A stretch of DNA of 64,000 nt, taken from contig CAXQZU010000045.1 of assembly GCA_964228555.1 (NCBI GenBank), forward strand, positions 42,634 to 106,633, read 5' to 3'. Made by a program: the position numbers and the translations under genes. Position 1 is the stretch's first letter, and each line of letters begins with the position of its first letter. Shown here piece by piece: positions 8,729 through 18,474 of the stretch. This stretch comes from Planctomycetota bacterium (GTDB taxonomy: Bacteria > Planctomycetota > PLA2 > JAEUHO01). Under the pieces are notes generated by a model that made no database searches, was not told the DNA's origin, and saw only the letters and a list, made by a program, of their open reading frames with translations.

Positions 8729-11329
8729 ATGGCCCTTCGCACCCGTCCCTGGTCCGTCCTCGGCACCGGCTTGGCAGCCCTGCTCCTGGCGGTCGCGCCC
8801 GGCTGTGGCGGCGGCGCGCCCAGCGAGCACGTCGAGCGCCCGGTCGTGACGTGGTTCTCGCCCAACCTGAGCCCCATCGTGTTCGAGGACGGCGCGGTCA
8901 ACCAGAACCCGACGTTCAGCGACGGCCTGCTGCTGACGAACAATGCCAGCGCCGACCTGCTGCGGCCCGAGTGGCGTGCCACCGTGCCGATCCCGGCGCT
9001 GGGGCTGGGCGTGGGCGATCGCGTGCCCTACACGTCCACCTTCGCCAACGCCACCTACGCCCAGAACATCGGTTCCGCGGGCCGCATCGCCATCTACTTC
9101 CAGGCGGGCACGGTCATCGACCCGAAGAGCGTGCTGGACGTGGGCGGCCGCCCCAACCCGGCCTCGGTGCTGGTGACGCGCACCATCGCGCCCTGTGACA
9201 ACGACTGCTTCACGGGCTACGTGGCCAACGAGATCCTGCCCTGCCGCATCGAGGAGATCAGCGCCGAGCGCATCGTGATCATCCCCGACGCGTTCACGCA
9301 GACGCCGATCCAGCCGCTGGCTGCGGGCCAGTACACGGTGAAGGTGGACGCCAACGTCACCAACACCGACGGCGACCGCCTCTACCCCTGGCCGGCCTTC
9401 CACAGCTTCACGGTGGGCGACACCGACTGCGCCCGGCCGCAGGTGGTCAACACCTACCCGATCGCGGGCCAGGAGAACGTGGGCTCGGGCGTGCCGGTGG
9501 ACACCTCGGGCACGCCCTGGGTGGACAGCCTGCGTGAGGGCCGGACCTCGATCTTCGGCCCCGCCTCGCCTGACATCCGCATCTTCTTCAACGAGCCCGT
9601 GCGCAGCACGACGGTCAACGAGACCACCGTGGGCGTGACGGTCGAGGGCCCGGCGCAGGCCGGTGGCGGCCCGCTGGCTCCCGCGGCGGGCTACCCCATG
9701 CTCAAGAGCGAGCAGGAGGCGGCCAGCCTGCCCAGCAACGGCCACGAGATCGTGTGGCGTGCGGCCAACCTGCCCGCCACCGTGGGCATCCCCGGCCAGG
9801 CGGCCATGCCGCCGGGCAAGGTGATCCGCGTCGTGGTGCTGGGCGAGTACGCCGACCTGGCCTCCGTGTGCGCGGCCACGCCCGTGGCCAGCCCGATCAG
9901 CGACCTCTCCGGCCGCAAGCTGCTCACGAACTACGTCTTCACCTTCAAGACGGCCGAGGAGCTGCCGCTGCCGCAGAACCCCTTCCCGGAGTTCGCGGTG
10001 TGGTGGTCGGCCACCGACCGCATCGGCGTGCTCGACCGCGTGAACCAGGAAGACCTTGCCACCTACTACCTCGCCCCGGGCTCGATCAGCCTGCCGGTGG
10101 ACAAGAACGTGCTGGTGGCCAACTCGGACCTGTGGTGCAACCAGGCCTACTTCACCGGCTTCTCGCCCAGCGAGATCCTGATCGACTCGCGTACCAACGC
10201 CTTCACCTGCCACACGTTCCTGTACGTGATGTCGTCGGGCAGCAACGAGGTGATGATCGTCGACTCGCGCAACTCGCTGCCGGTGGCCGCGCTGCGCACG
10301 CCCAGCCCGGGCGGCATCGGTGGCCAGTTCAGCACGCAGGGCGCCAACGTCCTGGCGGTGGCCAACCGCTCGGCCAACACGGTGACCTTCTTCAACGTGG
10401 GCCAGCTCGAGACGGGCCAGCAGCAGCTGACCGGCCGCATCCTCCAGGAGCGCATCCTGCCCACCGGCAACTCGCCGACGGCCATCACCGTGTCGGCGCC
10501 TCCCGGCGCCACGCTGGCCGAGTGGAACCGCGACCTGGGCATCACCGGCCCCATCGTGCCGCTGGTGATGTGGACCGAGCAGATCGACGGCACGCTGGTG
10601 ACGTACGGCTACGGCAACACGGCGCCCTCGCAGCGCATGTTCCTCGGCCCCACGTCGGTGCCCACGGACGTCGTGATGACGCCCTGCTTCGACCTCAACC
10701 CGCTGCTCGTGGCGGCCGTGTCCCAGGCGGGCACGGGCCCGGACGAGGGCAAGGTGTCCTACTACGTGGCCGGCCCCGGCTGCCAGACGGGCATCTCGAC
10801 GAACGCGCGCCCGGACATCCTCGTGGGCACGCTGGGCGGCTTCGACGGCCCGCAGACCATGGACTCGGTGCTGGCGCCCTCGGGTGGCTCGTACTGGTTC
10901 GCGCTGGCCGAGGCCGGTGCCAACGCCAACCGCGTGTCGATGCTTGCCTCGGCCCTCGGCCAGGTGGGCACGCCCCGCGTGGTGAAGTCCTTCACGGACG
11001 TGGGCTCGGCGCCCACGAGCGTGGCGCACGCCTCCGGCTACGCGGCGGATGCGAACCCGCTGGCGCAGGCCCTGCTGTGCTTGCGCATCGAGAACACGGG
11101 CGTGTGCGTGCCCCAGAACTTCCGCACCTGCTGGTACAACGGCACCGAGCAGGCGATCCTCCAGCCGGATGGCAGCGGCGTGGCCGCGCGCACGCTCTAC
11201 GTGTGCGCCCAGGGCGAGCAGCGCATCGTGGCCGTGGACCTGCTGACGGGCGCGCGCAAGGGCGAGAACGAGCAGCCCGGCGCGACGATCCCGCAGCTCA
11301 AGCGCGTGAGCACGCAGGGCTCGCAGTAG
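8729..11329 (+). CDS. large surface lipoprotein with Ig-like domains and a YVTN-type beta-propeller region
   Basis: ATG 8729 has GGAG upstream. It has a signal peptide and lipobox (LLLAVAPGCGGG). There are SbsA-Ig-like segments (IRIFFNEPVRSTTVNETTVGVTVEG) and beta-propeller-like repeats (SGSNEVMIVDSRNS..., ANRSANTVTFFNVG...). Composition is rich in Asn, Thr, Ser and Gln. Confidence 0.8.
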   Translation: MALRTRPWSVLGTGLAALLLAVAPGCGGGAPSEHVERPVVTWFSPNLSPIVFEDGAVNQNPTFSDGLLLTNNASADLLRPEWRATVPIPALGLGVGDRVPYTSTFANATYAQNIGSAGRIAIYFQAGTVIDPKSVLDVGGRPNPASVLVTRTIAPCDNDCFTGYVANEILPCRIEEISAERIVIIPDAFTQTPIQPLAAGQYTVKVDANVTNTDGDRLYPWPAFHSFTVGDTDCARPQVVNTYPIAGQENVGSGVPVDTSGTPWVDSLREGRTSIFGPASPDIRIFFNEPVRSTTVNETTVGVTVEGPAQAGGGPLAPAAGYPMLKSEQEAASLPSNGHEIVWRAANLPATVGIPGQAAMPPGKVIRVVVLGEYADLASVCAATPVASPISDLSGRKLLTNYVFTFKTAEELPLPQNPFPEFAVWWSATDRIGVLDRVNQEDLATYYLAPGSISLPVDKNVLVANSDLWCNQAYFTGFSPSEILIDSRTNAFTCHTFLYVMSSGSNEVMIVDSRNSLPVAALRTPSPGGIGGQFSTQGANVLAVANRSANTVTFFNVGQLETGQQQLTGRILQERILPTGNSPTAITVSAPPGATLAEWNRDLGITGPIVPLVMWTEQIDGTLVTYGYGNTAPSQRMFLGPTSVPTDVVMTPCFDLNPLLVAAVSQAGTGPDEGKVSYYVAGPGCQTGISTNARPDILVGTLGGFDGPQTMDSVLAPSGGSYWFALAEAGANANRVSMLASALGQVGTPRVVKSFTDVGSAPTSVAHASGYAADANPLAQALLCLRIENTGVCVPQNFRTCWYNGTEQAILQPDGSGVAARTLYVCAQGEQRIVAVDLLTGARKGENEQPGATIPQLKRVSTQGSQ

Positions 11330-11361
11330 CGCTGCGCTCCTCCCAGGCGCGACCAACCCTT

Positions 11362-11387
11362 GCGGGCGGGCCCACGGGCCCGCCCGC
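11362..11387 (+). terminator. GC-rich hairpin after the lipoprotein gene (terminator candidate)
   Basis: GCGGGCGGGCCC-AC-GGGCCCGCCCGC is a perfect inverted repeat 33 nt after the stop. It is followed by TTGCTTGG, a weak T tract. Confidence 0.45.
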
Positions 11388-11494
11388 TTGCTTGGGTGGC
11401 CTGGCGGCGCGACGGGCCGGGACGCCGGGCGGCCCGCGGGGAACGTGAGCGCGGGGCGGGCCCAGTCCCTCCCGCGCGGCCTCTGCCGCGCGGC

Positions 11495-12541
11495 CTAGGC
11501 CTGCGGCTCGATCGCCGACAGCACCCGCTGCACCTCGCGCGGCAGGCCCGCCACCGGGGCCAGCACGTCGGCCACGAGGCGATCGCCGACCAGCCCGCGT
11601 GCCTCGGCCTCGAAGGAGGGCAGCAGGCGGTGGCGCAGGGCAGGCGCCAGGGCGAAGGCGAGGTCCTCCATGCGCACGTGGTCGCAGCCGGCGGCGAGGG
11701 CGGCCGCGCGTGCCACGCGACAGATGGCCTCGCCCGCGCGCGGGCTGGCGCCCAGGCGCAGGTTGCGCCGCGCGCTGTCGGTGGCGCCCGCGCTGCCGGG
11801 GTCGGTGGCCAGCACGAGGCGCGCCACCTGCCGCGCCAGCGGCTCGGGCAGGAGCACGGCGCGCGCCGCCGCCTGCAGCGCGGCCACCTCGCCCGGCGCC
11901 AGCACGGCCCCGGGCAGCGTGGGCTCCGGCTGCGCGGTCCGCTGGAAGATGGCCACCAGCGCGGCCTCGTCGGGCGCGGCCACCTGCACCTTCAGCAGGA
12001 AACGGTCCAGCTGCGCCTCGGGCAGCGGGAAGGTGCCCTCCATCTCGATGGGGTTCTGCGTGGCCAGCACGCAGAAGGGGGCGGGCAGGGGGATGCGCTC
12101 GCTGCCGGCACTCACGGCCTGCTCCGCCATGGCCTCCAGCAGCGCGGCTTGCGTGCGCGGCGTGGCGCGGTTGATCTCGTCGGCCAGCACGAGGTTGCCG
12201 AACAGCGGGCCGCGCTGGAACACGAAGCGCCGGCCCTCGGGCAGGTCGAGCAGCACGTGCGTGCCGGTGACGTCGGCGGGCAGCAGGTCGGGCGTGAACT
12301 GCACGCGGGAGAACGACAGGCCCGTGGCCGCGGCCAGCGCGCGCACCAGCAGCGTCTTGCCCACCCCGGGCGGGCCCTCCAGCAGGGCGTGCCCACCGGC
12401 CACGAGGCAGGCCAGCGTCTCGCGCACGGCCTGCGCCTGTCCCAGCACCGTGCCCGAGACAGCCTGCTCCAGCGCCGCCAGGCGCGCGGCGGCGGCAGGC
12501 GGGGGCAGGGGGGGCGGGGTGGCGGCCATGGCGGGGGTCAA
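11495..12541 (-). CDS. MoxR-family AAA+ ATPase
   Basis: Walker A is LEGPPGVGKT and Walker B is LVLADEINR. The MoxR-typical block FSRVQFTPDLLPADVTG and the NPIEMEGTFPLPEAQLDRF motif are present. Confidence 0.9.
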   Translation of the reverse strand: MTPAMAATPPPLPPPAAAARLAALEQAVSGTVLGQAQAVRETLACLVAGGHALLEGPPGVGKTLLVRALAAATGLSFSRVQFTPDLLPADVTGTHVLLDLPEGRRFVFQRGPLFGNLVLADEINRATPRTQAALLEAMAEQAVSAGSERIPLPAPFCVLATQNPIEMEGTFPLPEAQLDRFLLKVQVAAPDEAALVAIFQRTAQPEPTLPGAVLAPGEVAALQAAARAVLLPEPLARQVARLVLATDPGSAGATDSARRNLRLGASPRAGEAICRVARAAALAAGCDHVRMEDLAFALAPALRHRLLPSFEAEARGLVGDRLVADVLAPVAGLPREVQRVLSAIEPQA

Positions 12542-12656
12542 GGGCTCCGGGAGGGCGGCAGGGGTGGGGGCCCGGCAGGGGGAACGCGGCTGCCGGCCCC
12601 GCGGATCACGGGTGCCGCCGGCACCCTGCCCGGGGGGACGGCCGGCGCCGGGGCGA

Positions 12657-13955
12657 TCAGGGGTAGACGCGCCCCATGGTGCGCGCGAAGGGGGCCGCCT
12701 CGCGCACGTGGTCGAGGCCGCACACCCAGGCCACCACGCGCTCCAGGCCCATGCCGAAGCCGGCGCTGGGACAGGCTCCGTAGCGGCGCAGGTCCAGGTA
12801 CCACTCGTAGGCCTCGCGGGGCAGCTTCTCCTCCGCGATCTTGTGCTCGAGCCACGCGATGTCGGGGCAGCGCTCGCCCCCGCCGATGATCTCGCCGTAG
12901 CCCTCGGGCGCGATCAGGTCGCAGCCCAGCACCACCTCGGGCCGCGCAGGATCGCGCTGCATGTAGAAGGCCTTGATGCGCGTGGGGAAGCGGTGGACGA
13001 GGATGGGCTTGCCGAACTGGGTGCTCAGCGCGTCCTCCTGCGGGGCGCCGAAGTCCTCGCCCCACGGGATCGACGCTGGCGTGCCCTCCAGGCGCTTGAG
13101 GGCCTCGTCGTAGGAGAGCGAGGGGAAGGGCGGCAGGGCCGACTCCAGACGCGCGATGTCGCGCTCGAGCACCTTGAGGTCCTCGCGCCGGCGCTCCAGC
13201 ACGCGCTCCAGCACGTGCCCGATGAGCCCCTGCATGAGGCCCATCACGTCCTCGAGGCGCCAGAACGCGGCCTCCGGCTCCAGCATCCAGAACTCGGTGA
13301 GGTGGCGCCGGGTCTTGCTCTTCTCGGCGCGGAAGGTGGGGCCGAAGCAGTAGACCTTGCCCAGCGCCTGCGCAGCCGCCTCCATGTAGAGCTGGCCGGT
13401 CTGCGACAGGTAGACCTTGTCGCCGAAGTACTCGACCGGGAACAGCGTGGCCGTGCCCTCGGCCGCTGCGCCGTTGAAGATGGGGGCATCCACCGCCGTG
13501 AAGCCCTGGGCGTCGAGGTGGTCGCGGCAGGCACGCTCGACCTCGGCGCGGATGCGCAGCACGGCGCTGGGCCGGCTGCTGCGCAGCCACAGGTGCCGGT
13601 TGTCCATCAGGTAGGCGATGCCGTGGTCCTTCTTCCCCAGCGGCCACTCGCCCTGGCAAGGCGCCAGCACCCGGAAGGCGCGGGCGGCCAGCTCCACGCC
13701 GCCGGCCTGCCGAGCGTCGGCGCGCACGCTGCCCTCCACCTCCACGGTGCTCTCCTGGCCCACCTGCGAGGCGGCCTCCAGCGCGGCCGCGTCGGCCTGC
13801 CCGCCCTTGACCACCACCTGCACCACGCCGCTGCCATCGCGCACCTCGACGAACACCAGCTTGCCGGCGGTGCGCCGGTTGCGCACCCAGCCCTGCACCA
13901 GCACCTCCTGTCCGACGTGCCGGGCGAGGTCAGAGACGAGCGTGCGTGCAGCCAT
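12657..13955 (-). CDS. asnS: asparagine--tRNA ligase
   Basis: 432 aa from MAARTLVSDL. It has an N-terminal OB anticodon-binding domain and class II motifs (FRAEKSKTRRHLTEFWMLEPE, GFGMGLERVV). The length and sequence are typical of the short AsnRS type. Confidence 0.9.
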   Translation of the reverse strand: MAARTLVSDLARHVGQEVLVQGWVRNRRTAGKLVFVEVRDGSGVVQVVVKGGQADAAALEAASQVGQESTVEVEGSVRADARQAGGVELAARAFRVLAPCQGEWPLGKKDHGIAYLMDNRHLWLRSSRPSAVLRIRAEVERACRDHLDAQGFTAVDAPIFNGAAAEGTATLFPVEYFGDKVYLSQTGQLYMEAAAQALGKVYCFGPTFRAEKSKTRRHLTEFWMLEPEAAFWRLEDVMGLMQGLIGHVLERVLERRREDLKVLERDIARLESALPPFPSLSYDEALKRLEGTPASIPWGEDFGAPQEDALSTQFGKPILVHRFPTRIKAFYMQRDPARPEVVLGCDLIAPEGYGEIIGGGERCPDIAWLEHKIAEEKLPREAYEWYLDLRRYGACPSAGFGMGLERVVAWVCGLDHVREAAPFARTMGRVYP

Positions 13956-13997
13956 GGAGGCGTCTCGGGGAGGGGAGCGCGGGAGTATACTCCGGGC

Positions 13998-14573
13998 GTG
14001 TTCGACTCGATCCATGGCCGCGTGCTCGTGCGGGAGCCTGCCCGCGTGGTGCTGGAGGCGGCGGGCCTGGGCTACCTGCTGCACGTGCCGCTGGGCACCT
14101 TCGATGCCCTGCCGGCCGTGGGGGTCGAGGCGCGCCTGCTGCTGCACCTCGTGGTGCGCGAGGACGAGTGGCGCCTCTACGGCTTCGCCACGGGCCGCGA
14201 GCGCGAGGCCTTCCGTGACCTGCTGCGCGTGAGCGGCGTGGGCCCGGCACTCGCGTTGGTCCTGCTCTCGGGGCTGGGCCACGAGGCGCTGGTGGACGCG
14301 GTGCGGTCCGGGGACGTGCGCGCGCTGGTGCGCGTGAAGGGCGTGGGCAAGAAGACGGCCGAGCGCGTCGTGGTCGAGCTCAAGGAGCGCTGGGCGGCCG
14401 GGGCGGGCGAGCCCGTGCTCCCGGCGCCGCAGGGCGTGGCGGGCGACGCGCTGCGCGCGCTCGTGGCGCTGGGGCTGGAGCCCGCCGAGGCGGCGCGCCG
14501 GCTCGAGGCGCTGGGCGAGGTGGCGCGCAACGTGCCCGTGGCCGACCTCGTGCGCCGGGCCCTGCGGGGCTAG
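13998..14573 (+). CDS. ruvA: Holliday junction DNA helicase subunit RuvA
   Basis: GTG start. The 191-aa sequence VFDSIHGRVLV...GYLLHVP...LYGF...FRDLLRVSGVGPALAL...LVRVKGVGKKTAERVVVEL has the RuvA domain I/II HhH motifs and domain III. Confidence 0.9.
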   Translation: MFDSIHGRVLVREPARVVLEAAGLGYLLHVPLGTFDALPAVGVEARLLLHLVVREDEWRLYGFATGREREAFRDLLRVSGVGPALALVLLSGLGHEALVDAVRSGDVRALVRVKGVGKKTAERVVVELKERWAAGAGEPVLPAPQGVAGDALRALVALGLEPAEAARRLEALGEVARNVPVADLVRRALRG

Positions 14574-14649
14574 CCCGGGCCCCGTGCCGCCTGCGGCTAG
14601 GCGCGCCCCGCACGGCGCGCTAGGGTCGCACCTGCACCGGAGGCTCGCC

Positions 14650-15438
14650 ATGCATCGTCTCGTGTGCTGCCCGTCGCTCGCCTCGCGGGGCGTGCGCTTG
14701 CTGGCCTTCCTGCTGGCGTGGCTCCTGGCGCGCCCGGCCGGGGCCGAGGAGGCGGGGCCCGCCACGCCTGCCGTGCAGCTGGTGGCCGTGCTGGAGGCAG
14801 CTCGCGAGGCGCGTGATGCGACGGCGTGGGCAGGACACCTGCCGCGCGTGGGCGAGCTGTGGGCCACGGCCTCCGAGCCCGATCGCCGGCTGCTGGCCGC
14901 CCAGCTGGGCCACGCCTTCAAGGCCCGCGAGGAGCCGGTGCAGCAGGCCGCACTGGGCGCGGCGCTGGCCACGCGCGACGGCGAGGCGATGTGGAAGGCC
15001 GGCCTCAAGTCGCTGCTGCCCGAGGCGCGGGATGAGCAGCCGCGGCCGCTGGCCATGAAGGCGCTGGCCGCCGTGGGCTCGCTGGCGCCGGAGGGGGCCA
15101 TCGGCACGCTGCAGGGCCTGCTGGAGAAGGCCAAGGACCCGCAGGTGGCGGCGGGGGCCTTCGAGGCGCTGGGTGGCTACGAGCGCAGCAAGCAGCGCGA
15201 GGCGGTGCTCGAGGGGCTCATCAAGGTGCTGCGGCTGCAGATGCCCAGCGGCGGTGGCGGGCAAGGCGGCAAGAACCCCAGCGGCCCCAGCCCGCGCTGG
15301 AAGGCGCTCGAGGCCAAGGCGCTGCCTGCGCTCAATGCCCTCACCGGGCAGCGCGTCGGCGACCTCGCCGCCTGGATGCAGCTCTACGACGAGAACAAGA
15401 AGCGCCCGGCCGTGCTGTTCCAGCAGCCCCTGGACTGA
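14650..15438 (+). CDS. secreted HEAT/armadillo-like repeat protein
   Basis: It has a signal peptide (MHRLVCCPSLASRGVRLLAFLLAWLLARPAGA) and alpha-helical repeats. No enzymatic motif was seen. Confidence 0.55.
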   Translation: MHRLVCCPSLASRGVRLLAFLLAWLLARPAGAEEAGPATPAVQLVAVLEAAREARDATAWAGHLPRVGELWATASEPDRRLLAAQLGHAFKAREEPVQQAALGAALATRDGEAMWKAGLKSLLPEARDEQPRPLAMKALAAVGSLAPEGAIGTLQGLLEKAKDPQVAAGAFEALGGYERSKQREAVLEGLIKVLRLQMPSGGGGQGGKNPSGPSPRWKALEAKALPALNALTGQRVGDLAAWMQLYDENKKRPAVLFQQPLD

Positions 15439-15510
15439 CGGTCCCGCGCGGCAGGACGGCCGGCCCGCGCTCCTGTCGCGCGGCGCCCGGGACGTGCACG
15501 CCGGCTGCGC

Positions 15511-16878
15511 CTAGGGGCGCAGCGTGAGGCCCAGGTCCTTGAGCTTCTTCTGCACCTCGAGGGTGGAGGTCACGCCCACGGTCTTCGACTCGCGCAGCGC
15601 GGCCTCGCTCTGCTCGGTGAGCTCGCCCACGGTGCCGACGCCCAGCGCCTCGAGGGCGCGACGGGTGCGCGTGGACAGGCCCAGCGAGAGGATGCCGTCG
15701 TTGCGCGGGTCGCCGCCCGCATCGTCCTCGTCCTCGTCGTCGTCCTCGTCCTCGTCACGACCCCCGAACAGCGCGCTCACGTCGTCGTCGCTGGCCGGCT
15801 TGGTGCGCAGGTCCAGGCCCTCGGCGTCGTCCTCGACCTGCATGCCCAGGCGCAGCTTCTTCTGCGCGAGGATGTCCTTGATCTCCTGCAGCGAGGTCTC
15901 GCCGAAGTTCTTGTACGCCAGCAGCTCGGCCTCGGTCTTGCGCACGAGGTCGCCCAGCGTCTCGATGTTCATCTTCGCCAGGCAGTTGCGCGAGCGCACG
16001 CTCAGCTCGAACTCGCTGATCGGGGTGCGCAGCACCTCCTTGACGCGGTCCTCGCGACGCTCGCTGTCCTCGTCGAAGTGCATGTTGAGCGAGGCGTGGC
16101 AGTCGCGCAGGCCGAGGCGTGCGCGCACGTGGTTGGGGTCGGCCTTGAGCACGCGCTGGTAGGCCGCCTCGGCCTCCTGGAAGCGCCCGGCATCCTCCAG
16201 CAGCAGGCCTGCGTTGAGGAAGGCGTTGACCGGCGCGCCCGGCAGGGCCATGAGCCGCTGGTAGGCCTCGAGGGCCTTGGCATCCTGGCCCTCGAGGTCC
16301 AGGCGCAGCGCGAGGCGGAACAGGGCGCGCCCGTGCTGGGCGTCCTTGGCCAGCGCCGCCTCGTAGCGCTCCTTGGCGTCGGCGTACTCGCCCTCGCTCT
16401 CCAGCGCGATGCCCTGGGCGTAGAGCGCGTCGGCGCCGGCGGGCAGCTTGCTCGCAGCCTTCTGCGCGGTGCTGCTGTCGCCGCTGAGCGCCGCGGCGGT
16501 GGCAAGGTCCACCAGCAGGCTGGGGCCATCCACCTCGGTGCCCACGAGCGCGGCGAGCACCTTGGCCGCGTCGGCGGGCTGGCCGTTCTCGAGCGCGGCG
16601 CGCGCGTGGATGAGCTGCGCCTGCGGCCTGTCGCCCGCCTTCTGGGCCTCGGGCGCAGCCGCCTCGGGACGCGAGAGCAGGTAGAGGGCCGTGGCGCGCT
16701 TGAGCGAGGTGGCGCCGCCGGCCAGCTCGGGCAGGCCGCGCAGCGTGGTCTCCACGACGCGGCGGAACTCGCGCGAGGTGCGCACGGCGTCCTTGGCCGA
16801 GCGCAGGTCCTCGCTGCCGAACGAGAGGCGCTCGAGGAACTGCTGGGCGTCGGTGACGGGCGTGGCGGCAGGGGCCAT
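15511..16878 (-). CDS. TPR-repeat protein with two RNA polymerase alpha-subunit C-terminal-domain (alphaCTD, HhH) modules
   Basis: 455 aa from MAPAATPVTD. TPR repeats occupy the N-terminal two thirds. The first alphaCTD-like module is ISEFELSVRSRNCLAKMNIETLGDLVRKTEAELLAYKNFGETSLQEIKD. An acidic linker DEDEDDDEDEDD follows. The second module is LSLGLSTRTRRALEALGVGTVGELTEQSEAALRESKTVGVTSTLEVQKKL. Confidence 0.8.
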   Translation of the reverse strand: MAPAATPVTDAQQFLERLSFGSEDLRSAKDAVRTSREFRRVVETTLRGLPELAGGATSLKRATALYLLSRPEAAAPEAQKAGDRPQAQLIHARAALENGQPADAAKVLAALVGTEVDGPSLLVDLATAAALSGDSSTAQKAASKLPAGADALYAQGIALESEGEYADAKERYEAALAKDAQHGRALFRLALRLDLEGQDAKALEAYQRLMALPGAPVNAFLNAGLLLEDAGRFQEAEAAYQRVLKADPNHVRARLGLRDCHASLNMHFDEDSERREDRVKEVLRTPISEFELSVRSRNCLAKMNIETLGDLVRKTEAELLAYKNFGETSLQEIKDILAQKKLRLGMQVEDDAEGLDLRTKPASDDDVSALFGGRDEDEDDDEDEDDAGGDPRNDGILSLGLSTRTRRALEALGVGTVGELTEQSEAALRESKTVGVTSTLEVQKKLKDLGLTLRP

Positions 16879-17037
16879 GGCGCGGGCTCCACGGGGCGAT
16901 GGGGGAATGCGGGAAGATAGGGTGCGCCGCACCGAGGCCCCATGCCTGCCGAGAGCGCCGTGGGGGGGGCCGTGGGGCCCTCGGCCCCGCCCGGCGGCCT
17001 GCGGCGCGCGTCGCCCCCCTCGCGGAAGGTAGGCGGC

Positions 17038-18330
17038 ATGGACCGTTTCGTCATCGAGGGCGGCGTGCCCCTGCGCGGCGAGGTGCGCGTCTCGGGCGCC
17101 AAGAACAGCGCCTTGCCGCTGCTGGCGGCCACGCTGCTGGCCGACGGCCCCTGCCGGCTGGAGGGCGTGCCCGACCTGCGCGACATCGACACGATGCTGC
17201 GCATCCTCCGCACGCTGGGCCTGCGGGCCGAGCGCTCCGCCGACGGCACGGTGGAGACCGAGGTGCTGGACGAGGGGGCCTGCCGCGCGCCCTACGAGCT
17301 GGTGAAGACGATGCGGGCCAGCATCTGCGTGCTGGGCCCGCTGCTGGGCCGCCGCCGCCGCGCCGAGGTGTCGTTCCCGGGCGGCTGCGTGATCGGGCCC
17401 CGGCCCGTGGACCTGCACGTCTCGGGCCTCTCGTCCCTGGGGGCGGACCTGCGCGTGGAGGCGGGCTACATCCTGGCCGATGGGCGCGGGATGGGCGGCG
17501 ACCGGGAGATCTACCTCGGCGGGCCCTACGGGCCCACCGTGACGGGCACCGGCAACGTGCTGTGTGCCGCGGTGCTGGCGCCGGGCACCACCGTGTTGCA
17601 GTCGGTGGCCTGCGAGCCGGAGGTGCAGGACCTCTGCCACTTCCTCGTGGCGATGGGCGCGCGCATCGAGGGCATCGGCGGTCCCACGCTGGTGGTGACG
17701 GGCGTGGAGCGCCTGCGCGGCACGCGCTACCGCGTGATCCCCGATCGCATCGAGGCGGGCACCCTGCTGGTGGCGGGCGCGATGACCCACGGCCGCGTCA
17801 CCGTGCTGGGTGCCGAGCCGCGCCACCTCTCGGCCCCGCTGGCGTTGCTGGAGCGCATGGGCGTGCGCGTGCTGCGCGGCCCGGCGGGGGCGCTCACGGT
17901 GGAGGGCTACGACCGGCCGCGCCCGGCGGACGTGGTCACCTTGCCCTATCCCGGCTTCCCCACCGACCTGCAGGCGCAGTTCATGGCCCTGCTCACCGTG
18001 GCCGAGGGCAACTCGTTCGTCACCGAGAAGATCTATCCCGAGCGCTTCATCCACGTGGCCGAGCTGCAGCGCATGGGCGCGCGCATCCGCAAGGAGGGGC
18101 CCACCGCCATCGTGGAGGGCGTGGACCACCTCTCGGGCTGCCCGGTCATGGCCTCCGACCTGCGCGCCTCGGCGGCGCTGGTGGTGGCAGGCCTCGCGGC
18201 TCGTGGCACCACGGAGGTGGACCGCGTGTACCACATCGACCGTGGCTACGAGCGCATCGAGGCCAAGATCGAGGCGCTGGGCGGTCGCATCCGGCGCGCC
18301 GGCCGGGAGGGAGCGCCCGCCGAGGCCTAG
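17038..18330 (+). CDS. murA: UDP-N-acetylglucosamine 1-carboxyvinyltransferase
   Basis: 430 aa. [34 protein letters not shown] is the canonical MurA N-terminus. The EPSP-synthase fold runs throughout. Confidence 0.95.
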   Translation: MDRFVIEGGVPLRGEVRVSGAKNSALPLLAATLLADGPCRLEGVPDLRDIDTMLRILRTLGLRAERSADGTVETEVLDEGACRAPYELVKTMRASICVLGPLLGRRRRAEVSFPGGCVIGPRPVDLHVSGLSSLGADLRVEAGYILADGRGMGGDREIYLGGPYGPTVTGTGNVLCAAVLAPGTTVLQSVACEPEVQDLCHFLVAMGARIEGIGGPTLVVTGVERLRGTRYRVIPDRIEAGTLLVAGAMTHGRVTVLGAEPRHLSAPLALLERMGVRVLRGPAGALTVEGYDRPRPADVVTLPYPGFPTDLQAQFMALLTVAEGNSFVTEKIYPERFIHVAELQRMGARIRKEGPTAIVEGVDHLSGCPVMASDLRASAALVVAGLAARGTTEVDRVYHIDRGYERIEAKIEALGGRIRRAGREGAPAEA

Positions 18331-18474
18331 GCCCGCCGGCCGCGGCGCCCTGTGTCAGCGGGGCACCCCTTGTTTCCGGGCCAGAGCCTGCCGGGGCTGC
18401 TTCAATGCCGCCGTGGCCCAGCCCCGCCCCAAGGGGTCGCGCTGGCCGGGCCCGGTGCGAGGACCCCCCGGCGC

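Noticed and set aside
8003-11356. 1117-aa minus-strand ORF
   Set aside because: It is antisense to the lipoprotein gene, which has a signal peptide, lipobox, RBS and domain-like repeats. The product is Arg/Ala/Gly/His-rich with no recognisable domain.
12657-15134. 825-aa extension of the asnS ORF
   Set aside because: AsnRS homology begins at MAARTLVSDL (start 13955). The upstream 390 codons are antisense to ruvA and the HEAT-protein gene and have no similarity to anything.
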